Source: Oscillospiraceae bacterium | Lineage (GTDB): Bacteria > Bacillota > Clostridia > Oscillospirales > Oscillospiraceae | Assembly: GCA_017398685.1 (NCBI GenBank) | Contig: JAFQFH010000001.1 | Location: 1,052 to 65,051 of the forward strand | Length of the DNA stretch: 64,000 bases | Direction of reading: 5' to 3' | Part shown: one piece after another, positions 25,774 to 33,319 of the stretch | How the letters are laid out: each line of letters begins with the position of its first letter | Numbering within the stretch: position 1 is the stretch's first letter | Program-made: the position numbers and the translations under genes | The notes under the pieces: model-generated | The model's input: the letters and a program-made list of their open reading frames with translations, nothing else | Told to the model about the DNA's origin: nothing | The model's database searches: none

Positions 25774-26898
25774 ATGAGAACCAGAAATGAAGAGATGGAA
25801 ATAAACCTTCTGACACTGTTTGAGGTTTTATGCAAGAAAATAGCGATTATACTTGTAGTGGGTATCGTCTGCGGGCTTCTGGGCTTCGGCTGGGCATATT
25901 CCGCCAGTAATCCTGTGGAAAATTACACCGCCACGGTCTCCGTATTCGTTACCAGTGAAGTAAATCATCCTGAAACAAATGCTCCCACATCCTATTCGTC
26001 CGCAACAGGTAAGGTCTATGCCGACACCTGCGCCTGGGTACTGAAATCCAATGCCATGCTCGGTGAAATTCTGGATGAGACAGGCTTGCCGTACAGCACA
26101 TCTGAGCTTTCCGGAATGATTGACGCTGTTGCCGTGAAAGACATCTCCGCTCTGGATATAAGTGTGAAAGCCGCAGACGCCAAAGAGGTTGAGAGCATTG
26201 CACAGGCAATACTGAAGCTGCTCCCTGCAAGACTCAATGCTCTTGGTGGTGACATCGCAATAGGCATATCAAACTACTCACTTTCCTCCGTGCAGAAGGT
26301 CACTGAGGGTGGGATCGACATGAAAAAGCCCGCTATCGGTGCGCTTCTCGGTGTGTTCCTCGCCGCAGCGCTTATCGTGGTCAAATTCCTCGTCTCCGGT
26401 CAGCTCATCTGGAAGGCCGCCGAGTTGAATGAGCTTTATCCCCAGCTTCCCCTGCTTGCTGCCGTTTCCCACAAAAGCGCCAAGGGCAAAAATAAGGATG
26501 AAGAGTACAGATTTGCCGCTGCAAACCTTGTGGCTCAAACCAGTGAGAGCACAAGAGTATTCGGCCTTACAGGTGTGAAGGAAATTTCCCGCGAGAGTGT
26601 GGACAAGCTTCTTGAGGCTTTTGCCCATTTTGGCAAGAAGGCAGGCTTTGTGGATGCAAAGGCCATGTCCTTAAACGAGCTTGAAAGAGCAATTTCAGAT
26701 GCAAAAGCCACTTGCGATTACGTATTGGCGGAGCTTCCTCCCATTGGACTGAAAGCGGATGCCATGCCCGCAGCAAAGCTTGTGGATACGCTGGTGCTTG
26801 TGATAAAAGAGCAGCAGTGCACAGTAGAGGAAACTGACACCTGCATTGAGCGTCTCCAGCGTACCGGAGCCGAAATTCTGGGCTTTATTGCCGAGTAA
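25774..26898 (+). CDS. Fused Wzz-like (chain-length determinant) / BY-kinase-like protein with degenerate nucleotide-binding motifs
   Basis: Two TM helices bracket an extracellular Wzz-like segment. The C-terminal roughly 165 aa aligns with CpsD/CapB-type kinases but lacks Walker A, A' and B. The start could instead be M8 (25795). Confidence 0.65.
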   Translation: MRTRNEEMEINLLTLFEVLCKKIAIILVVGIVCGLLGFGWAYSASNPVENYTATVSVFVTSEVNHPETNAPTSYSSATGKVYADTCAWVLKSNAMLGEILDETGLPYSTSELSGMIDAVAVKDISALDISVKAADAKEVESIAQAILKLLPARLNALGGDIAIGISNYSLSSVQKVTEGGIDMKKPAIGALLGVFLAAALIVVKFLVSGQLIWKAAELNELYPQLPLLAAVSHKSAKGKNKDEEYRFAAANLVAQTSESTRVFGLTGVKEISRESVDKLLEAFAHFGKKAGFVDAKAMSLNELERAISDAKATCDYVLAELPPIGLKADAMPAAKLVDTLVLVIKEQQCTVEETDTCIERLQRTGAEILGFIAE

Positions 26899-26916
26899 AT
26901 TACATATCTGATGTAA

Positions 26917-26949
26917 CTGAAAGAGCGGGTTTTGTTCCCGCTCTTTCAG
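26917..26949 (+). terminator. Hairpin terminator
   Basis: ctgaaagagcggg-ttttgtt-cccgctctttcag. Confidence 0.65.
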
Positions 26950-26955
26950 GCTTTA

Positions 26956-26984
26956 TTGACTTTTGTCCCCAACTGGGATATATT
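26956..26984 (+). promoter_or_regulatory. SigA-type promoter
   Basis: TTGACT, a 17-nt spacer, then TATATT. Confidence 0.6.
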
Positions 26985-27047
26985 AAGATTTGGCAAATAA
27001 ATAATCCGTGCTGTTATACGGATATAAAATAATTTTGGAGGCTTATT

Positions 27048-28193
27048 ATGAACAAAGACGTTTTAGTCATGATCCCCGGCCCCACCCCCGTAGTCGAGTC
27101 CATCTGTCAGGAGATGGGCCGTACCGTACAGGCATTCGGCGACCCCCGCTTCGTTGCAGACTACAAGAGTCTCATTGACGATCTGGGCGCACTTTATAAT
27201 TGCAGCGGCGTGACCTTCCCTCTGGCCGGTACCGGCACTCTGGCAATGGAAATGGCCATTGCCAACACCACCAAGCGCGGCGACAACGTGCTCATCGTAT
27301 CCAACGGCTTCTTTGGTGACCGTTTCATCGACATCTGCCAGCGCAAGGGTCTGAACGTGGATGTCCTCTCCGCCGAGTGGGGCACTTTCGTTACTCCCGA
27401 AGAGATAGACAGGAAGCTCAGCGAAAAGGACTATGCCGCAATGACCGTCACCCATGTTGACACCTCCACCGCTGTTGTGGCTCCTATTGCCGAGATCGGC
27501 GAAGTTATAAAGAAGTACCCCAACACCGTTTACATCCTTGACGGCGTTGCAGCCACCGCAGGCGAGTACGCCGATGTGGACGGTATGGGTATCGACGTGA
27601 TGTTCACCGCATCCCAGAAGGCCTTCGGCGTAAGCCCCGGCATGTTCATTCTCTGGGCCGGTCAGAAGGCTCTGGAGCGCCGCAAGACTCTGGGCGTTAT
27701 CCCCGAGTACTTTGTGGACTTTGACAAGTGGATCCCCGTTATGGAAAACCCCGCCAAGTACTTTGCAACTCCAGCCGTCAACCTTATCTGGGCCATGAAG
27801 GAGTCTGTCCGCATCATCAAGGAAGAGGGTCTGAAGGAGCGCGCCGCACGTCACCGCAAGAACGCAGACGCTATTGTCAAGGCTCTTGAGAGCATCGGCT
27901 TCAAGCCCCTTGCAAACGCAGACTGCCGCGCCAGCACCCTGACTGTTGCCATCTACCCCGAAGGCGTGGACGATGCCAAGTTCCGCAGCACCATGTACGC
28001 CGAGGGCGTTGTGTGCGCCAACGCACTGGCTGCATACTTCGGCAAGGCCTTCCGTCTGGGTCACATGGGTAACATCACCGAAAACCAGATCGTTGTGGGT
28101 CTTTCCGCTGTTGAGCGTTCTCTTAAGGCCTGCGGCATCGATGTGGAGATGGGCAAGGCTGTGGGCGTATACCTCAGCGAGATCAGAAAGTAA
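27048..28193 (+). CDS. Class V PLP aminotransferase (serine-pyruvate/alanine-glyoxylate type)
   Basis: MIPGPTPV, THVDTSTAV and the TASQKAF PLP-lysine motif. Confidence 0.9.
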   Translation: MNKDVLVMIPGPTPVVESICQEMGRTVQAFGDPRFVADYKSLIDDLGALYNCSGVTFPLAGTGTLAMEMAIANTTKRGDNVLIVSNGFFGDRFIDICQRKGLNVDVLSAEWGTFVTPEEIDRKLSEKDYAAMTVTHVDTSTAVVAPIAEIGEVIKKYPNTVYILDGVAATAGEYADVDGMGIDVMFTASQKAFGVSPGMFILWAGQKALERRKTLGVIPEYFVDFDKWIPVMENPAKYFATPAVNLIWAMKESVRIIKEEGLKERAARHRKNADAIVKALESIGFKPLANADCRASTLTVAIYPEGVDDAKFRSTMYAEGVVCANALAAYFGKAFRLGHMGNITENQIVVGLSAVERSLKACGIDVEMGKAVGVYLSEIRK

Positions 28194-28220
28194 TCTGAAA
28201 AAATATTGTGAATATACTTA

Positions 28221-28250
28221 CAGCGGCAGCTTCGGCTGCCGCTGTTTCTT
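28221..28250 (+). terminator. Rho-independent terminator
   Basis: cagcggcagc-ttcg-gctgccgctg followed by TTTCTT. Confidence 0.8.
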
Positions 28251-28371
28251 ATTCTCTGGCCGGAAATTTTGGACCACTAAAGTTGTTGCATAACGCAGGG
28301 AGAAATGTTATTATAATATCAGCGTGGTTCGACCACAGCCCAGAAGCTGAGAAATTGAAAGGAGCTTATAT

Positions 28372-29916
28372 ATGGCCAAATATGACATAGTCGTCGTAGG
28401 CGCGGGTAACTCCGGTCTGTCTGCGGCGCTGCAAAGCCAGATAGCAGGCAAAAAGACCCTGCTTATCGAACAGCACAACCTGCCCGGCGGCGCTGCCACC
28501 AGCTTTGTGAGAGGTCGCTTTGAGATAGAGCCCTCCCTCCACGAGCTGTGTGACTTCGGCCCTGCCGAAAACCCCGGCGACGTTAGAAATCTTCTGGACT
28601 CCTACGGCGTAAAGGTCAACTGGTGCGAGTGCCCCGACTGCTTCAGAATTATCACTGAGGGCTCTGACGGCAAGCTGCTGGATGCCACCATGCCCGCAGG
28701 CATCGAAAACTTCATCGACGCAATGGAGAAGGAAGTTCCCGGTTCCCGTCCCAAGATGGAAGAGCTTTTCGAGCTTTTCGACGAGGTACTGCGCGGTATT
28801 GCCTACATCTCCGCCTCTGCCGGCAAGGCCGACTCCAAGGTGCTGCAGGCAGACTACCCCAACATGCTTCGCACCGGTGCTTATTCCACCCAGAAGGTAT
28901 TTGACGCACTGAAGCTGCCCAAGAAGTGCCAGGACATCCTTGCAACCTACTGGAGCTATCTGGGCGTTGACCTTGAGCATCTGGCATTCATCCACTACGC
29001 TGCAATGGTACATAAGTACGTAAGCCGCGGCGCATACATCCCCGCCCACACCTCCCACGAGCTTTCCACCGCCATGGTGGAGCGTTTCCGTGAGCTGGGC
29101 GGCGACGTTTGGTTCAACTGCCGTGCTGAAGAGTTCCTCTTTGACGGAGATCGCCTCTGCGGCATCAAGACCAACATGGGCCATATCGAATGTGACTATG
29201 TGCTGGCAAACATCAACCCCGACATCATCTACGGCAAGATGATTCCCAAGGAGCTTGTTCCCGAGCGCGAAAAGAAGCTCTCCGCTGCCCGCGACAGAAA
29301 GATGGGCGGCCGTATGTTCACCGCATACTTCTGCTGCGACAAATCCGCTGAAGAGCTGGGCATCAAGGACTACTCCATATTCCTCTCCGGTCATGCAGAT
29401 TCCGCACAGGAATATAAGGACCTGCTGGGCGGCATCAAGACCAACGACTACTCCATCTTCCTCTGCTACAATATTGCAAATCCCGGCTTCTCCCCCGAAG
29501 GCACCTGCGTGTGCTCCTTCACTACCTTCGGCTCTCCCGTGGACTGGAACGACCTTCCTCAGGAAGAATATTTCCAGTTTAAAAACCAGTTTGCCAAGAA
29601 GTTCCTCAAGAGCCTCAAGGACAAGGCCGGCATAGAGCTGGAAGGCCATATCGAGGAAATGGCAGTTGCCACTCCCTGGACCTTTGCCCGCTACCTCAAC
29701 GCCCCCGAAGGCGCAGTTTACGGCTACGAGACTACCGACTGGGACGGCATGATGGCCCGTCTCCAGATGCTGGCTACCGACTACCCCATCAAGGGTCTCA
29801 GACCCATCGGCGCCGCCGGTCCCAGAGGCGACGGCTACTCCGCAGCAATGCTCACCGGCCAGCTGATGGCAAGACTTGCCATCAAGGATCTCAGCGAAGA
29901 AGGAGGTAACAAGTAA
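28372..29916 (+). CDS. FAD-dependent oxidoreductase, phytoene-desaturase (CrtI)-like family
   Basis: The dinucleotide-binding N-terminus is YDIVVVGAGNSGLSAAL....GKK.LLIEQHN.PGG. Length is 514 aa. Confidence 0.85.
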   Translation: MAKYDIVVVGAGNSGLSAALQSQIAGKKTLLIEQHNLPGGAATSFVRGRFEIEPSLHELCDFGPAENPGDVRNLLDSYGVKVNWCECPDCFRIITEGSDGKLLDATMPAGIENFIDAMEKEVPGSRPKMEELFELFDEVLRGIAYISASAGKADSKVLQADYPNMLRTGAYSTQKVFDALKLPKKCQDILATYWSYLGVDLEHLAFIHYAAMVHKYVSRGAYIPAHTSHELSTAMVERFRELGGDVWFNCRAEEFLFDGDRLCGIKTNMGHIECDYVLANINPDIIYGKMIPKELVPEREKKLSAARDRKMGGRMFTAYFCCDKSAEELGIKDYSIFLSGHADSAQEYKDLLGGIKTNDYSIFLCYNIANPGFSPEGTCVCSFTTFGSPVDWNDLPQEEYFQFKNQFAKKFLKSLKDKAGIELEGHIEEMAVATPWTFARYLNAPEGAVYGYETTDWDGMMARLQMLATDYPIKGLRPIGAAGPRGDGYSAAMLTGQLMARLAIKDLSEEGGNK

Positions 29917-31121
29917 TGGCACTTAACGTTAAAGTGGGCCTTATCGGCAAGTTCGACATGCTCAAGTTCAAGAACATGAAGAAAGTCCGCGAGCAGGCCA
30001 TTCAGGCAGCCCCCGCCAAAGAGATCAGCGGTGACTTCGCCATAAACATCAATGCGAAAAATCTCCACCCCGACTGCATGGAGCTGGTCATCGACCAGAT
30101 AATCGACCACGGCAGCGCCAATGCCAAGAGCTTTGTGTTCAAGCGCGCCGACGGCAAGCCCTTCCCCTATTTCAGAGCAGGCCAGTACCTCTCTCTCAAG
30201 CTGCCCATTGGTGACAGCTTCGTCACCCGCTCCTACTCTTTGTGCTCCTCCCCCAAGTGGGCACTGGATGGCAGGGCAGCCATTACCATCCGCTCCAACC
30301 CCGGCGGATATGCAGCGGACATTCTCCTTGAGACTCTCAAGGTGGGCGACAAGGTCATATCCTCCGATCCTCAGGGCTTTTTCTACTATGAGGACCTGAG
30401 AGACAAGAAGACCGTTGTAGGTCTTGCAGGCGGCTCCGGTATCACCCCCTTCCTCTCCATGGCCTACGCCATCCGCGACGGCATTGAGGACTTTGAGCTT
30501 ATTCTCCTTTACGGCAGCCGCGATGAGGCCAACATTCTCTTCAAGAAAGAGCTGGATGAGATTGCCGCAGCCTGCCCCAAGTTCAAGGTCATCCATGTTC
30601 TCTCCGATGAGAAGAAGGAAGGCTACGAAAACGGCTTTATCACCGCAGAGCTTATAAAGAAGTACGCCCCCGAAGAGTACTCCGTGTACCTGTGCGGTCC
30701 CGAGGCCATGTACAAGTTCCTCAAGCCCGAGATTGCAAAGCTGGGTCTGCCCGAGCGTCTCTTCCGCCGCAAGATGATAGACGTTACAAAGACCGTATGG
30801 GAGTGCGAGAATTACCCCATTGATGCCAAGGATAAGGTCTTTGACATGACCGTAAAGCAGGGCGCTGCCGAGTACAAGATAAAGTGCGCCGCCAACGAGC
30901 CTATTCTGGTTGCCCTTGAGCGCGCCGCCATCAAGGCTCCCTCCCGCTGCCGCAGCGGTGAATGCGGCTGGTGCCGTTCCAAGCTCATCTCCGGCAATGT
31001 GTTCGTTCCCAAAGAAAACGAGCTGCGCCGCTGGGCCGACATTGCCTATGGCTACATTCATCCCTGCTCAAGCTTTGCACTGAGTGATATAGTTCTGGAA
31101 GTACCCGGCGAATACTACTAA
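29916..31121 (+). CDS. Ferredoxin-NAD(P)+ reductase-like flavoprotein fused to a C-terminal plant-type 2Fe-2S ferredoxin
   Basis: RSYSLCSSP (RxYS FAD motif), GGSGITP (NAD motif) and CRSGECGWCRS...HPCSSF (a 2Fe-2S cysteine set). Its start shares one nucleotide with the upstream stop. Confidence 0.85.
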   Translation: MALNVKVGLIGKFDMLKFKNMKKVREQAIQAAPAKEISGDFAININAKNLHPDCMELVIDQIIDHGSANAKSFVFKRADGKPFPYFRAGQYLSLKLPIGDSFVTRSYSLCSSPKWALDGRAAITIRSNPGGYAADILLETLKVGDKVISSDPQGFFYYEDLRDKKTVVGLAGGSGITPFLSMAYAIRDGIEDFELILLYGSRDEANILFKKELDEIAAACPKFKVIHVLSDEKKEGYENGFITAELIKKYAPEEYSVYLCGPEAMYKFLKPEIAKLGLPERLFRRKMIDVTKTVWECENYPIDAKDKVFDMTVKQGAAEYKIKCAANEPILVALERAAIKAPSRCRSGECGWCRSKLISGNVFVPKENELRRWADIAYGYIHPCSSFALSDIVLEVPGEYY

Positions 31122-31131
31122 AATCAACCAA

Positions 31132-31163
31132 AGGGACGGGTGCATACCCGTCCCTGTTTTTTT
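31132..31163 (+). terminator. Rho-independent terminator abutting the next start codon
   Basis: agggacggg-tgcata-cccgtccct followed by GTTTTTTT. Confidence 0.8.
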
Positions 31164-31167
31164 GATT

Positions 31168-32493
31168 ATGGATAATGTCAAGGAAGAAAAGCAAATACTG
31201 GCCGAGTCTCTGGCGAAGGATATTCTGACCCTGGCGCGAAATTCACTTATCGTCAATTTCCGCTTTCTGGACAGAGCCATATCCTGTGCCCCCTTTGTCT
31301 GCAACGATAATGTGAGCCTTGCCACCGACGGGGAGAGCATCTACTACTCCCCCTGGTTTATCCTGCACATTTACAAGGCTGAGCAAAAGTGCGTGGCAAG
31401 GGATATACTCCACTGTCTTTTCCACTGCATTTTCCGACACAATCTCATGGAGCAGAAGCTGGATATGCCAAGATGGGATCTGGCCTGCGACATTGCGGTG
31501 GAGCACGCCATAAATCAGCTTCACTCCCCCGCTCTCCACGCGGCAAGGGAAGTCCGACAGCAGGCCACAATCGCCATGCTTGAGGATAAGCTGGGGCTTA
31601 TCACGGCGGAGCGGGTATACAAATGGCTGGGCGACATGGAGATAAGCGAGGAAGAGCTTATTGCCCAGCGGGAGAGCTTCAAAGCCGACGGCCACGCCAT
31701 ATGGTACGGGGAAAATGACCCCAATGCCAAAAAGGACAGCAAAATAAACCTCAAAAAGATATGGAAAGAGGTCTCCAAGCGGATGCAGACCGAGCTTGAG
31801 ACTATGAACAAGGACAAAAACAGCGCCCTTGTGCAAAATCTCAAAAGTCTCAACCGCTCCCGCTACAGCTACACGGAGTTTCTAAGGCGCTTTGGCATGC
31901 GCGGTGAGGTGATGCGCCTTTCCGAGGACGAGTTTGACCAGAACTACTACAGCTACTCCATGGAGCTTTACGGCAATATCCCCCTCATCGAGCCGCTGGA
32001 ATACTCCGAGCAAAAGCGTATCCGTGAATTTGTCATCGCCATCGACACCTCCGGCAGCGTGAAGGGCGATGTGGTGCAGTCTTTCATACAGCACACCCAC
32101 GACATACTCCAGCGGCAAGAAAACTTCTTTACGAGGGTGAATATGCACATCATCCAGTGCGACGACAGGATAAGGGAGGATGTTTGCATACACAGCAAGG
32201 AGGAATTTGACCAATATCTCAAAACCATGGAGATACTGGGCCTTGGAAAAACGGATTTTCGCCCTGTATTTGAATATGTGGATGAGCTTATTCGCACAAA
32301 GGAGCTTTCAAATTTGCAGGGCCTTATATATTTTACCGACGGTAAAGGTACTTTTCCCCACGTACAGCCCAAGTATGACACCGCCTTTATTCTCCACAAC
32401 GACGGCTATGCCGAGGCGGAAGTCCCCTCATGGGCCATGCACCTTACTTTAAGTGAGGAGGATATACTTGACAAAAGATTTTCAGCTTATTGA
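31168..32493 (+). CDS. Zincin-like N-domain + VWA domain protein (DUF2201_N/DUF2201-type)
   Basis: The N-terminal region has a His-rich helix (LHCLFHCIFRH). The C-terminal VWA has an intact MIDAS start (VIAIDTSGSV). The ATG at 31168 (TTG alternative at 31162) has no visible SD. Confidence 0.8.
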   Translation: MDNVKEEKQILAESLAKDILTLARNSLIVNFRFLDRAISCAPFVCNDNVSLATDGESIYYSPWFILHIYKAEQKCVARDILHCLFHCIFRHNLMEQKLDMPRWDLACDIAVEHAINQLHSPALHAAREVRQQATIAMLEDKLGLITAERVYKWLGDMEISEEELIAQRESFKADGHAIWYGENDPNAKKDSKINLKKIWKEVSKRMQTELETMNKDKNSALVQNLKSLNRSRYSYTEFLRRFGMRGEVMRLSEDEFDQNYYSYSMELYGNIPLIEPLEYSEQKRIREFVIAIDTSGSVKGDVVQSFIQHTHDILQRQENFFTRVNMHIIQCDDRIREDVCIHSKEEFDQYLKTMEILGLGKTDFRPVFEYVDELIRTKELSNLQGLIYFTDGKGTFPHVQPKYDTAFILHNDGYAEAEVPSWAMHLTLSEEDILDKRFSAY

Positions 32494-33319
32494 CGGGGTG
32501 CTTACCATTGCCCCCGGCACAGCATATATAAAAAGTCAGCAGTTCAGCGAAAACCCGGAGATCCGGAAAATAATCATCCCCGAGGGCGTGGGCTTTATGG
32601 AGGATGAGGCCTTTGCCGAGTGCGAGGCACTGGAAGAGGTCATACTCCCAGAGGGGCTTGTGAACATCAGTGTGGCGGCCTTTGCCTCCTGCGTGTCGCT
32701 TAGGGAGATAAATATTCCTTCCACCGTAAAGAGCATTGAGGACGGGGCCTTTCTCTTCTGTGAGAGTTTGCAGAGCATAGAGCTGCCCGAAGGGCTTGAG
32801 GAAATATCCTCTCTCGCTTTTCAAAGCAGCGGGCTTGAGAGCATAAGCGTGCCTGCAACGGTGAAGAGCATCGGGGAAGAGGCTTTCTTTGAGTGCCCGT
32901 CCCTTATGCACGCGGATGTGCTGGGCCATGAGACAAGGATAGGGCTCAATGCCTTTGGCAGCAACTATGCCCTTCTCTCCGGCTTTATCGCTCCCGGCTA
33001 CCCTCAGCTTGAGCAGAGCGGCTCGTCGGAGCTTTTGTACACCCTTTTGTGGTGCTCCTGCCCGGAAAAGCACAGTGAGGCCACCACAAAAAGAGCTGAG
33101 AGCTTCATCCACTCTCAGGAGGCGCTTATAATGGAGCGCATTTTGAAAATGAACAATATCCCCGCCATGACCGGCCTGGCCCAGCGTGGCCTGCTGGCGG
33201 CGGCGAATATAGACAAGTACCTGAAAGCTGCGCTCAGCGCAGGCCAGACGGAGATCAGCGCCCTTTTACTCAAAGCAAAGGCCGTAAGCGGCATTGATGA
33301 GGAGGAATTTGAACTATGA
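32468..33319 (+). CDS. Cytoplasmic BspA-type leucine-rich-repeat protein
   Basis: Five or six repeats of about 23 aa fit the pattern I.IP..V..I...AF..C..L. There is no signal peptide and the C-terminus is helical. The TTG at 32468 lies 6 nt after GAGGAGG (GTG alternative at 32453). It overlaps both neighbours. Confidence 0.78.
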   Translation: MTKDFQLIDGVLTIAPGTAYIKSQQFSENPEIRKIIIPEGVGFMEDEAFAECEALEEVILPEGLVNISVAAFASCVSLREINIPSTVKSIEDGAFLFCESLQSIELPEGLEEISSLAFQSSGLESISVPATVKSIGEEAFFECPSLMHADVLGHETRIGLNAFGSNYALLSGFIAPGYPQLEQSGSSELLYTLLWCSCPEKHSEATTKRAESFIHSQEALIMERILKMNNIPAMTGLAQRGLLAAANIDKYLKAALSAGQTEISALLLKAKAVSGIDEEEFEL

